A DNA stretch of 51,733 nucleotides, from contig JAISCP010000083.1 in the NCBI GenBank assembly GCA_031265495.1, positions 1 to 51,733 on the forward strand, given 5' to 3'. A program made the translations under genes and the position numbers. The notes below the pieces were generated by a model that worked only from the letters and a program-made list of their open reading frames with translations, was not told the origin of the DNA and did not search any database. The DNA comes from Heliobacteriaceae bacterium. GTDB lineage: Bacteria; Cyanobacteriota; Vampirovibrionia; Gastranaerophilales; Gastranaerophilaceae. Of the stretch, positions 36,155 to 45,239 are shown piece by piece. Positions within the stretch are counted from its first letter, which is position 1. Each line of letters begins with the position of its first letter.

Positions 36155-36715
36155 ATGAGAACGAAAATAGCATTAGCAGGCGAAGGCGGACAGGGAGTCC
36201 AGTCGATTGCGAAAATCCTTGTTGAAGCAGGCTATGAAGCTGATAAACAGGTATTATATATCCCGAATTTCGGGGTGGAGCAAAGGGGCGGCGTTTCAAT
36301 CGCGTTTTGCCAGATTTCTGACAAAACAATCGGCGAACCCCGTTATTCAAAGGCGGATATTGTCATAATGCTTTCCGACCGCGCAATCCAAAGATGTGAA
36401 ACTTACGTTGACGAAAATACAACAATAGTTTATGATTCGTCGATTTGTACAGAGGCGCCGAAATGTAAAGCGAAAAAAATCATTGCGGTTGAAGCCAACA
36501 AAATTGCCAATGAACAGTTGAGCGCAAGAGTATTCAACATAATTATTCTCGGTGTTCTGCTTGCGGCAACAAATGTTCTTGAATTAAAAGACATCAAGAA
36601 CGCTATGGAAATGGCTCTGGGTAAAAAATTCGACGCAAAACCCGAATTGAGAGAACTAAATTACAAAGCTCTTGAAATGGGGATGAACTTAATCACGGAA
36701 AAGGCAGGTGTATAA
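36155..36715 (+). CDS. 2-oxoacid:ferredoxin oxidoreductase, gamma subunit
   Basis: MRTKIALAGEGGQGVQS...FGVEQRGG. The track ORF from 35978 overlaps the beta subunit, so the internal ATG was chosen. Confidence 0.85.
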   Translation: MRTKIALAGEGGQGVQSIAKILVEAGYEADKQVLYIPNFGVEQRGGVSIAFCQISDKTIGEPRYSKADIVIMLSDRAIQRCETYVDENTTIVYDSSICTEAPKCKAKKIIAVEANKIANEQLSARVFNIIILGVLLAATNVLELKDIKNAMEMALGKKFDAKPELRELNYKALEMGMNLITEKAGV

Positions 36716-36990
36716 TGACAACATTGGAATATAAAGGCTATGTAACGGAAGGTGTGGCAAAAGGCAAATTCGACTACTACGTGTACACGGAACTATGTAA
36801 GGGCTGCGGGCTTTGCATAGCGAAGTGTCCGATTAACGCAAAGGGTGAAAATTGTTTACACTGGTCAAAAGAGGTAGGGCTTTACCAGACTCCTGCGGTT
36901 GAACCCGACCCATCGCTTTGTATAGGCTGCGGAACCTGTGCATTGGTCTGCCCTGACAGCGCAATAAGAATTGAGAAAAAGGCCTTGTAG
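36715..36990 (+). CDS. 4Fe-4S ferredoxin-type delta subunit
   Basis: Two clusters, CKGCGLCIAKCP and CIGCGTCALVCP. The ATG overlaps the gamma-subunit stop. Confidence 0.85.
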   Translation: MTTLEYKGYVTEGVAKGKFDYYVYTELCKGCGLCIAKCPINAKGENCLHWSKEVGLYQTPAVEPDPSLCIGCGTCALVCPDSAIRIEKKAL

Positions 36991-37047
36991 AATTAGTGAA
37001 TAGGAAATTAAGAGGTATGGCTTTTTAGTTAGTTGAAAGGTTAAATT

Positions 37048-37153
37048 ACCCTCCCCTTGAGACTCTGCCGAGCGAAACGATTAATTATCGTTTCGTGAGA
37101 GGTTAGGTCGAAATTCCTTACAGGAATTTCGGGGTGGGGTATAGAGGGCTGGA
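37048..37153. repeat. Family-C palindrome interrupted by the hairpin element
   Basis: ACCCTCCCCTTGAG-[44-nt insert]-GGTCGAAATTCC...GGGGTGGGGTATAGAGGGCTGGA. Compare the uninterrupted copy at 24671-24736. Confidence 0.85.
37062..37105. mobile_element. ~44-nt palindromic hairpin element (ACTCTGCCGAGCGAAACGAT-taat-TATCGTTTCGTGAGAGG)
   Basis: The same element occurs inside the three tRNA-Pro fragments (25835-25879 and +104, +208). An inverted copy is inserted in a family-A element at 51705-51733. Confidence 0.75.
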
Positions 37154-37540
37154 GGGATAGAGGTATGGGAAAAAAAACATCACCGCCGCGTCACTCTCTG
37201 AACAACCTCCCTGTTATGCTGAAATAGCGGATTGTTGGCTCTCGCCCTGCGGGAGAGAGTACAAACACTTAGCAAAACCGCAGGTTGAGCTTAGTGTTTG
37301 GAGTGAGAGGGCAGGCTGCATGGCAAACAAAGCAAGCTATTCCCTAGTTTGACGGTGCCCATGGCATGTGTTCCGGATTTATTCGGTTTTGCGCCCCCTC
37401 ACCTGAATTTCTAAACTCACACGTTCGTTAAGAAATTCTTCCTCTCCCGTATGGAGAGGAACAGGCTGAGCCTGCACCCATTACATCAGGTTCTACCCCA
37501 AATTTATTCAACCTTTCAACTATTTAACCCTTCAACTAAT

Positions 37541-38527
37541 TTAACAGCATGCATCTTCTTGCGCCGCTTCAGTTTTTGGCGCTTCAGCCGCTGCTTCAGC
37601 TTCAGCCGCCACTGCCATAACAGCTGCTAATTTTGCTTCACGTAATTCCGCCTGCTGCTGTTTTGACAATTCCATAGTGCGCGCTCCGGTCAGGATAAGC
37701 TGTTTTTCTTTTAATTCATTATAATTTTTAGCATATTCTCTGTTTCTTACAGCTGCATGGTTAACCGAGTGAACTACTCCGCCGATAACTAATCCTAACG
37801 GCGCAAAATTCACAACGCCTTTTGCTGTTTCCTTTATAGACGGAGTAATTTTATCAATACTTTCCGAAATGCGGTTAAAGAATTTGCTGTTGTTGACTTT
37901 ATTGCCCAATTTGAGAACTTTACCTTCAAAGTTATTAATTCTTGCGGCATTTTTATTCAACAATGTACTTTTATTGGCAAGATTACCCAGAGTATTTCCG
38001 AGTTTGTCAATACCTTTACCGCCCAGTCTGAGTACGCCGTATCCGGCGCCTATTAAAGCAGCCAGTGATAATAACTGATGATTTTGTTCAAAATTGCGTA
38101 CTTCCGGAGATTTGCGGCTTAATTTTCTGCCTCCGGCAATAAGCGCGTCAACAGCCGCGAATGCAAGAACAGCCAGCCCTCCGGCTTTTAACCCTCTTGC
38201 TGCCTTAGCTGCTCTGCCGTTAAGAGATTTGGTGTTACCCAGCAGGTTGAATTTTTTATTTTCAGTAAGAGATACTACCAAAGGTTTTCCTTCTTTTAAA
38301 ATTTCAGCGTCATAACGCGGGTTTAATGCTGCTCTGACGCCGAAAGCTGCAGGAATTGAATAGTATATCAAACTGCTGAGCTTTTTATGGCGTTTGTCAT
38401 GTGTATCATGTGCCGCTTTTAAATAAGAAACCTGTCTTAACGCAACGTCAGGAGTATTAATGAACGCGTCCACATTGTCACGGCGTCCGCTAAAATTGGG
38501 GCTGCTGCCTACTGAATGAATTTGCAT
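37541..38527 (-). CDS. Hypothetical Gly/Ala-rich membrane-associated protein with an Ala/Glu-rich tail ending in Cys-Cys
   Basis: ORF with several hydrophobic segments. Start placed at the ATG at 38527 (MQIHSVGSSPNFSG); the track ORF starts at 38566. Confidence 0.5.
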   Translation of the reverse strand: MQIHSVGSSPNFSGRRDNVDAFINTPDVALRQVSYLKAAHDTHDKRHKKLSSLIYYSIPAAFGVRAALNPRYDAEILKEGKPLVVSLTENKKFNLLGNTKSLNGRAAKAARGLKAGGLAVLAFAAVDALIAGGRKLSRKSPEVRNFEQNHQLLSLAALIGAGYGVLRLGGKGIDKLGNTLGNLANKSTLLNKNAARINNFEGKVLKLGNKVNNSKFFNRISESIDKITPSIKETAKGVVNFAPLGLVIGGVVHSVNHAAVRNREYAKNYNELKEKQLILTGARTMELSKQQQAELREAKLAAVMAVAAEAEAAAEAPKTEAAQEDACC

Positions 38528-38654
38528 GTTGTTACCTACACTTTCACAAAATTTATTATATAACATGAAAGTGCAAAAGTAAATTATTTTGCTAGTTGAT
38601 TGAATTTTCTTTAAAAATGTTTACAATTGGCCGTATTTTTAATATGATACGTGA

Positions 38655-39929
38655 ATGAAAAAATTTTGTATTCACACTATGGGTTGTAAATCCAATCAGT
38701 TTGAGGGGGCTGTCATTGCCGAGAATTTAATAAATAACGGAATGGAACAAACGCAAAGACTTGAGGAAGCGGATGTTTTTGTGCTGAACTCCTGCACTGT
38801 GACCCGTAAAAGCGATAATGAGGCGTTTTATCTTCTGCGGAACGCTAAAAACAAAAATCCCGGCGTGGTGAATGTTTTAACCGGATGTATCGCACAGATT
38901 GAGAAAGAAAAGCTGCTGGATAATGATTTTGTGGATTATGTCGCCGGTAACGATGAGAAACTGCGGCTTTATGATTTTCTGAACAGCGGCTTGAAGTGCA
39001 GCGCGGGAAATATTGCAGAGCGGAATAATTTTAATGAAACGGTTTTGTGCGGCACGGCTAAAACCCGTGCAAGCATTAAAATTCAGGACGGATGCGACAA
39101 CAGGTGCTCTTACTGTATAATACCGTTTGCGCGCGGCAAAAGCCGCAGTGCAAACGCCGGATTTATTTTAAAACAGGTGAATAATTTTGCGGCTTCCGGT
39201 TTTAAGGAAGTTGTCTTCACCGGAATTCACATCGGGCAGTGGGGAAAAGATATTGGTTCGGAGTTTTTGGACTTGCTGAAACTTGTTGAAACAACGGCTG
39301 TTGAGCGTTACAGACTCGGCTCGCTGAACCCTCTTGAAATCAGCGGTGAAATGCTTGAATTTCTTGCCGGAAGCGCGAAATTCTGCCCGCATTTTCACCT
39401 GTCGCTTCAATCTGCCTGTAACAGGACTTTGCAGAGCATGAACCGGCATTACAGGGTTGAAGATTACCTTGAACAAATAGAGAAGATAAACGAAATGTTC
39501 AATCTGCCGTTTATCGGGAGCGATATTATAACCGGCTTTGCGGGCGAGAGCGAGGAAGACTTTGAGATTACGCGGCAAAACCTGGAGCGTTCAGGCTTAA
39601 CGCAAATCCATACTTTTCCGTATTCCGTGCGGGAGGGAACCGTCGGAGCGCAAATGCCCGGCCGGCTTTCCGATAAAGTTAAAGAGCAGCGCGCGAAGGT
39701 TGTCCGTGCAATTTCCGCCCGAAAGCATGAGGAATTTATAAAGAAAAATATAGGCGCCGTGCATGAAGTCTTAATTGAAAAACGTCCTGACAAATCAGGC
39801 AGCCTCAGAGGTATGACCCGGAATTACCTGGCGGTTGTATTGAATTCGGGCGGCGAGGCGAACACATTACAGCGGGTTAAAATAGCGGGATACGAAAACG
39901 GGAAGATTTACGGGGGTAGGGTTGAATAG
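38655..39929 (+). CDS. mtaB: tRNA methylthiotransferase, MtaB-like (radical SAM)
   Basis: N-terminal TMGCKSNQFEG, radical SAM motif CDNRCSYC and a C-terminal TRAM-like domain. Confidence 0.75.
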   Translation: MKKFCIHTMGCKSNQFEGAVIAENLINNGMEQTQRLEEADVFVLNSCTVTRKSDNEAFYLLRNAKNKNPGVVNVLTGCIAQIEKEKLLDNDFVDYVAGNDEKLRLYDFLNSGLKCSAGNIAERNNFNETVLCGTAKTRASIKIQDGCDNRCSYCIIPFARGKSRSANAGFILKQVNNFAASGFKEVVFTGIHIGQWGKDIGSEFLDLLKLVETTAVERYRLGSLNPLEISGEMLEFLAGSAKFCPHFHLSLQSACNRTLQSMNRHYRVEDYLEQIEKINEMFNLPFIGSDIITGFAGESEEDFEITRQNLERSGLTQIHTFPYSVREGTVGAQMPGRLSDKVKEQRAKVVRAISARKHEEFIKKNIGAVHEVLIEKRPDKSGSLRGMTRNYLAVVLNSGGEANTLQRVKIAGYENGKIYGGRVE

Positions 39930-39976
39930 TTGAAAGGTTGAAGGGTTTAAAGGCTGAGCTACCTTCCCCCTGAGGG

Positions 39977-40052
39977 CATTGTTAACTTTGCATTGTTTCG
40001 TCATTGCGAGAAGGGCGTTAGCCCGACGAAGCAATCCAGTCAAAATATTCAA
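39977..40052. repeat. Family-A element, partial inverted copy
   Basis: CATTGTTAACTTTGCATTGTTTCGTCATTGCGAGAAGGGCGTTAGCCCGACGAAGCAATCCAGTCAAAA. Confidence 0.85.
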
Positions 40053-40292
40053 CTTCCATAAGCTTTACTTCCCCGTACAGACGGCCGGATCCTGAAATAA
40101 ATTCAGGATGACAGGAGGGTTATGATGTGATTTTACCATTGGCCGGATCCTGAAACAAGTTCAGGATGACGCGGCGGTTGTTCAAGATGGCACGGAGGGG
40201 CTGTTTCCTCATTCCTATTCATATTCACTTAGTCACCTATTCACTCCTATTAACTATTTACTAAGCACTATTTACTAATTTTAGCCGCGGCA

Positions 40293-41087
40293 TTAACACG
40301 TCTCAATCGGTGAAGTTCCCCAGTGAAGCTTGCTGCGCAGGATTGAATAGAATTCCGTATCCTCAAGTAAAGCCAGCTTTGCGCTGTATTCAGACTTTTC
40401 TATGGTGATTTCGGATTTGAACTCAAAACACTCTTGTCCGTCCGCAAAAACCACATACTCCTCATTTCCGGTACATATGGTAATTTTTCCGCTGTCAGGC
40501 ACCACGAGCGGACGCGCTGTGAGCGTATGCGGGCAGATTGGAACAATAACAAAAGCGTTCAGGCCGGGCGTAAGCACAGGGCCCCCCGCAGACAGCCCGT
40601 AAGCAGTCGAGCCGGTCGGAGTTGCAACAATAATCCCGTCGGCAAGATAGTCGCATACAGCTTTACCGTTAATTTTCAACGAAAATCTTGATGTGCGTCC
40701 GGTAGAGTTGTCTTTGACGACAAAATCGTTCAAGGCGGTGTTTTCGCCGCTTTTCAGCATAATCCTGCTTTCTGTTTTGTACCTGCCTTCAAGAATTTTT
40801 TCAACGCATGTTTCGATTTCATCCCCCGAAGCCTGTGCCAAAAACCCGAGTCTTCCTAAATTTACCCCGAAAACAGGGGTTTGAAACTTTGTATAAAAAC
40901 GGCATGCTTTTAGAATGGTTCCGTCGCCGCCTATGACAAAAATAAAATCGTAACCCGGTTTTAAATTGTCAATATCAAAAACATCAACCCGTCTTTTTCG
41001 ATTTTTCAGGGATTTTTCCAAAATGTCTTTGATTTCGCTCGAAAGCTCCATTTTATGGTTGTAACATATTGCAAAATCTTTTAACAT
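40293..41087 (-). CDS. nadK: NAD kinase
   Basis: FVIGGDGTILKA...NLGRLGFL...ATPTGSTAYGLSAGGP. Start is tentative: ATG at 41087, while the track uses TTG at 41123. Confidence 0.85.
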   Translation of the reverse strand: MLKDFAICYNHKMELSSEIKDILEKSLKNRKRRVDVFDIDNLKPGYDFIFVIGGDGTILKACRFYTKFQTPVFGVNLGRLGFLAQASGDEIETCVEKILEGRYKTESRIMLKSGENTALNDFVVKDNSTGRTSRFSLKINGKAVCDYLADGIIVATPTGSTAYGLSAGGPVLTPGLNAFVIVPICPHTLTARPLVVPDSGKITICTGNEEYVVFADGQECFEFKSEITIEKSEYSAKLALLEDTEFYSILRSKLHWGTSPIETC

Positions 41088-41250
41088 AAAAGTGATAATA
41101 TCACGGGATATTTTAATAATCAATATCGCCAGCTTAATTTTTGTTCATAATTTTAACATATTTTCTTGTACTTTTGTTCTATTTAAAATAGTATGTTATT
41201 ATGTAAGATAGAATAGTATCCGGAAATATATAACAAAAGAGGTAAAAACA

Positions 41251-42405
41251 GTGGAAAATTTTGTATCAGATATCTTTGCGAAACGGGAAGAAACGCCGGA
41301 GCGGCTGAAAGAAACTCCTGCTAATCCCACCAAAATAAAGGTGGTAGGCGTGGGCGGCGGCGGCGGTAATGCTGTTAACCGCATGATTAAGTCAGGTTTG
41401 TCAGGCGTTGATTTCTGGCTGATGAATACAGATTTGCAGGTGCTGGAATACGGCGGTACTAAAAACAGAGTTCAGTTAGGGGCAAAAGTTACGTCAGGAC
41501 TCGGCGCCGGCGGTGACCCTTCCGTTGGTGAAAAAGCTGCGGAAGAAGCACAGCAAGATATTACGGAAGCTTTAGACGGCTCTGATATGGTGTTTATTAC
41601 TGCCGGCATGGGCGGCGGAACAGGCACCGGCGCTGCTCCGATTGTTGCTAAAATAGCTAAAGAATTGGGGATTTTAACCATAGCGGTCGTTACAAAACCT
41701 TTTGCTTTTGAAGGCAAAAAAAGACAAATTCAGGCGGCGGCCGGTTTGGATAAACTTAAAGAAGCGGTTGATGCTGTAATAGTTATCCCCAACGACAAAT
41801 TACTTCAGGTTGTCGACAGACAGGTTTCTTTGACAGAGTCATTTACAATTGTTGACGAAGTTCTTTTACGCGGAGTTCAGGGGATTTCCGATATAATTAC
41901 GGTTCCGGGTCTTATTAATGTTGACTTTGCTGATGTTAAAAATGTTATGCAGGCGTCCGGTTCGGCTCTTATGGGTATAGGACGCGGCACGGGCGAAGGC
42001 AGAGCCGTTAAAGCCGCAGAAGTTGCAATTAATTCCCAGCTTCTTGAAACTTCAATCAACGGCGCGTCCGGCGTTATTGTGAACATTACCGGCGGCCCTG
42101 ATATGACGCTTCATGAAATTACTGACGCCGCTAATATTATCCACAGAACAGTTCTTGATGATGCAACGGTTATTATCGGTACTGCAGTTGATGATAATAT
42201 TCAAAACGAAATTCAGGTTACTGTTATTGCAACAGGTTTTGAGCTGAAAAATCAGTCCGAAGAACTCGAAACATTGAATTCTTCCGGCGCTGATGTGAAA
42301 CAGCTGAGCGCATCAGACTTTTTCTCCGGCGTTTACCACCAGCCTATGAAAAAATCTTCGTCTGATTTCACTAATATTGAAATCCCTGATTTTTTGAAAA
42401 AATAA
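41251..42405 (+). CDS. ftsZ: Cell division protein FtsZ
   Basis: GVGGGGGNAVNRM...GMGGGTGTGAAP. GTG start. Confidence 0.97.
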   Translation: MENFVSDIFAKREETPERLKETPANPTKIKVVGVGGGGGNAVNRMIKSGLSGVDFWLMNTDLQVLEYGGTKNRVQLGAKVTSGLGAGGDPSVGEKAAEEAQQDITEALDGSDMVFITAGMGGGTGTGAAPIVAKIAKELGILTIAVVTKPFAFEGKKRQIQAAAGLDKLKEAVDAVIVIPNDKLLQVVDRQVSLTESFTIVDEVLLRGVQGISDIITVPGLINVDFADVKNVMQASGSALMGIGRGTGEGRAVKAAEVAINSQLLETSINGASGVIVNITGGPDMTLHEITDAANIIHRTVLDDATVIIGTAVDDNIQNEIQVTVIATGFELKNQSEELETLNSSGADVKQLSASDFFSGVYHQPMKKSSSDFTNIEIPDFLKK

Positions 42406-42432
42406 ATAAGAGTTTTAAAACTCGGGAGTATG

Positions 42433-42460
42433 AAAAAGGAGCGGATATCCGCTCCTTTTA
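42433..42460. terminator. Bidirectional terminator hairpin between ftsZ and the convergent gene
   Basis: AAAAA-GGAGCGGAT/ATCCGCTCC-TTTTA. Confidence 0.8.
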
Positions 42461-43636
42461 TTAAACCATAATATCGACGCCTTCAATATTTACAGCATTA
42501 TCTTTTATACTTTTCGGAACATTTGTTAAAGTATATTTCCCGTTTAGCAGAAGACTTCCTGTTTTACCGTCATATTGAAAACGATTTCGTACAGCATTTT
42601 GAATTTTGGCGGCAATATCATTACCAAATTCTCCAAGAAACTTTTTGTTTTTTATATCGTTTAAAAACCTGTAAAGCGCTTGCGGTTCGCCTACATCTTC
42701 CCAAGTATCAACAACCTTCATAGCGGATTTTTCTTCCCCGAATTCTTTCTGCACCCACTTAACAGCATTTGCAAAGTCGTAAGGTTCATCAACCGCTTTT
42801 GCAATTAGCTTGGGGTTTTTGTCAACAGCCGACATTAACGCTTCCATAGCATCCTTTTTGATTACGAACATCCCTGTATTTGCAACACAGTTTCCGTCAG
42901 GGGTGAGCATGCCGCTTGCCATAATCTCTTCCATAGAAGGTTTTTCGGCAAATCCTGCAAGATGGAAACGGTCGTTTTTTATTGTGTTTCCTACCTTTAG
43001 TACTCCGAAGCGTTTAGCGGCTTCATGAGGGGTTTTCTTAGCTCCTATGAGTCCCAGACGTAAATTAGGGTTTTCAATAACGTCTTTAATAAACCCCAGC
43101 AGTTCTCCGCGTTTAGCGCCAAAAACATTGTCCCCGCAGCAGACAATAACATCTTTTATTTTATCCCTTCTTGCCGCATAGTATTTATAAATATCGCCGA
43201 AGGAGCCTGATTTGTCCGCTGCGATAATGGATTGTATTCCGTTTTCCGTTTTTGCAAAAGGAATGCCTGTTACCATGCCCCAGTCAAGCATGTGGATTGA
43301 AGTATTCTCAGTGAGCGGCACAGGCAGGCTGATTTTGTTTGCCGGAATGCCTGTCAAATCCGTGTAAGTTTGGGCAAGTTTTCTGAACCTCGAACCCTCT
43401 CCCGCTGCAAGTGTGAAAAAGTCCGCATTTTTGGCAATGTTTTCAAATTGCGCTAAATGTTCGGAACCTTTTAATGACTGATAAATCCCTTTGTTAAAAA
43501 CACCTACAATATTTTCTGAAATATGTTTGCCGAGATTTTTTTGTGATAACGTAACAAAGCTTGCCTGAAAACAGGGCTGTTTGTATGCAGTATTTTTCCG
43601 GTGGCAATCCGTAGTTTGAATGCTTGAGACTAACAT
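42461..43636 (-). CDS. Sugar-phosphate nucleotidyltransferase-like protein with an N-terminal extension
   Basis: FFTLAAGEGSRFRKL fits the (L)AxGxGxR NTP-transferase signature, and CCGDNVF lies downstream. ATG at 43636 was chosen; the track uses TTG at 43669. Confidence 0.5.
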   Translation of the reverse strand: MLVSSIQTTDCHRKNTAYKQPCFQASFVTLSQKNLGKHISENIVGVFNKGIYQSLKGSEHLAQFENIAKNADFFTLAAGEGSRFRKLAQTYTDLTGIPANKISLPVPLTENTSIHMLDWGMVTGIPFAKTENGIQSIIAADKSGSFGDIYKYYAARRDKIKDVIVCCGDNVFGAKRGELLGFIKDVIENPNLRLGLIGAKKTPHEAAKRFGVLKVGNTIKNDRFHLAGFAEKPSMEEIMASGMLTPDGNCVANTGMFVIKKDAMEALMSAVDKNPKLIAKAVDEPYDFANAVKWVQKEFGEEKSAMKVVDTWEDVGEPQALYRFLNDIKNKKFLGEFGNDIAAKIQNAVRNRFQYDGKTGSLLLNGKYTLTNVPKSIKDNAVNIEGVDIMV

Positions 43637-43707
43637 TTTTACTTCTTTCTCTAAAAAACTGTAAACCAATATTTTAAAACCGGTAAAGATTTTTTTTGTT
43701 AGTAATT

Positions 43708-43745
43708 TTACAATTTCTTACAAAGTGTTTTGTAACGAATTGTAA
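43708..43745. promoter_or_regulatory. 38-bp imperfect palindrome (candidate operator) in a divergent intergenic region
   Basis: TTACAATTTCTTACAA-agtgtt-TTGTAACGAATTGTAA. The arms match at 14/16 as inverted repeats. Confidence 0.5.
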
Positions 43746-43786
43746 CAATAATTTTAAAACAGTTGCAAAATAACGGATAATGCCTT

Positions 43787-43816
43787 ATAGGATAGGATAG
43801 GATAGGATAGGATAGG
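43787..43816. repeat. Pentanucleotide microsatellite (ATAGG)x6
   Basis: Counted directly. Lies 76 nt upstream of the ATG at 43892. Confidence 0.95.
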
Positions 43817-43891
43817 AGCAGCCTTTGTAAATTTTTCGGCCTGAAATTATTTTATATATATGGAAAGATTAATAGGAAAGGTCGGTTAATT

Positions 43892-44251
43892 ATGAGTTAT
43901 AGTTTAAAGGTTGACAAGAAGAAGATAGAGGCTTTCATGAAATCTATAGAATCCATAAGACTTTCGCCCGAAGTTAAAGCTGCACTTGAAGCCAGAAGAA
44001 TTCCTGCAGGTTTATCTACAAAAGAAAGAATGGCCTACATACAAGCTCATGGCGGACCGGGCTTGCGTGTAGATCCGGAACAGATGCGGAAGATTCGTGA
44101 ATTACGTCCAAAAGAAGATAAAATTAAAAAAACTATGCAACAGTTGTATTTGTCAAACCCATACACAAATCCTTTAGGGTGGGCTCAACATTTATTTAAC
44201 CCCAATAAGCCGGTTAATAGATTTGATGGTCTGTTACAATATCTATGTTAA
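43892..44251 (+). CDS. Hypothetical protein (119 aa)
   Basis: ORF with AGGAAAGG upstream. No recognisable motif. Confidence 0.5.
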   Translation: MSYSLKVDKKKIEAFMKSIESIRLSPEVKAALEARRIPAGLSTKERMAYIQAHGGPGLRVDPEQMRKIRELRPKEDKIKKTMQQLYLSNPYTNPLGWAQHLFNPNKPVNRFDGLLQYLC

Positions 44252-44277
44252 AAGCGGGGTTAAACCCCGCTTTTTTT
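44250..44277. terminator. Bidirectional terminator hairpin
   Basis: AAAA-GCGGGGT-taa-ACCCCGC-TTTTTTT, between convergent genes. Confidence 0.85.
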
Positions 44278-44288
44278 CAACATTTTTT

Positions 44289-45239
44289 CTACGCGTGTCC
44301 TGCGGTGCCCAGAACCTGCATTTTGTGCTTAACAAGTTCTTTAACAGCAGTTCTGCCCGGTCCCATGTATTCACGCGGATCAAACTTTTCAGGATTTTCA
44401 ATAAAGAATTCTCTGATAGTCGCAGTCATAGCCAAACGCAGGTCTGTATCTATGTTAATTTTAGCAACCCCGTTTTGTGACGCGTATGTGAGCATTTCTT
44501 CGGGAACGCCTTTTGCATTCGGTAATTTCCCGCCGAATTTGTTGCATTTTTCCACTAAATACTCAGGCACGGAAGAAGCCCCGTGAAGTACGATAGGAAA
44601 ATCAAATCCGACAGCTTCATTAACAGCTTTTTTAATTTCCGCAAGCCTGTTGAAGTCTAACTTTGCCTCACCCGAGAACTTGTAAGCGCCATGACTTGTT
44701 CCGATAGCGATAGCAAGCGAGTCGCATCCGGTTTCTTTAACAAACCTTACGGCTTCCTGCGGATTGGTGAACTTAGCGTCAGCAGCTGAAACATTAACGT
44801 CATCCTCAATTCCCGCAAGCTTCCCTAATTCAGCTTCAACGGAAACTCCGCGCGGGTGTGCGTAATCCACAACCTGTTTTGTCAAAGCGATATTTTCTTC
44901 CAGCGCAAACCTGCTTCCGTCAATCATAACAGACGAGAAGCCGCCGTCAATACAAGCTTTGCATATTTCAAAGTCAGCGCCGTGGTCAAGGTGCAGCGCG
45001 ATAGGTACGGTTGTTGTTGCTAACGCCGCTTCAACCAGCTTGATGAGGTAAGTTTGGTTTGCGTATTTTCTTGCGCCTGCGGAAACCTGTAAAATAATAG
45101 GTGAACGTGTTTCTTCGGCAGCTTCCGCAATAGCCTGAAGTATTTCCATATTGTTAACATTGTATGCTCCGATGGCATATTTACCGGTGAGTGCGTCTTT
45201 GAACATTTTTTCAGTTCCGACGAGTTTTCTTTCAGACAT
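44289..45239 (-). CDS. fba: Class II fructose-bisphosphate aldolase
   Basis: YAIGAYNVNNME...LHLDHG...HGASSVP motifs. Confidence 0.9.
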   Translation of the reverse strand: MSERKLVGTEKMFKDALTGKYAIGAYNVNNMEILQAIAEAAEETRSPIILQVSAGARKYANQTYLIKLVEAALATTTVPIALHLDHGADFEICKACIDGGFSSVMIDGSRFALEENIALTKQVVDYAHPRGVSVEAELGKLAGIEDDVNVSAADAKFTNPQEAVRFVKETGCDSLAIAIGTSHGAYKFSGEAKLDFNRLAEIKKAVNEAVGFDFPIVLHGASSVPEYLVEKCNKFGGKLPNAKGVPEEMLTYASQNGVAKINIDTDLRLAMTATIREFFIENPEKFDPREYMGPGRTAVKELVKHKMQVLGTAGHA

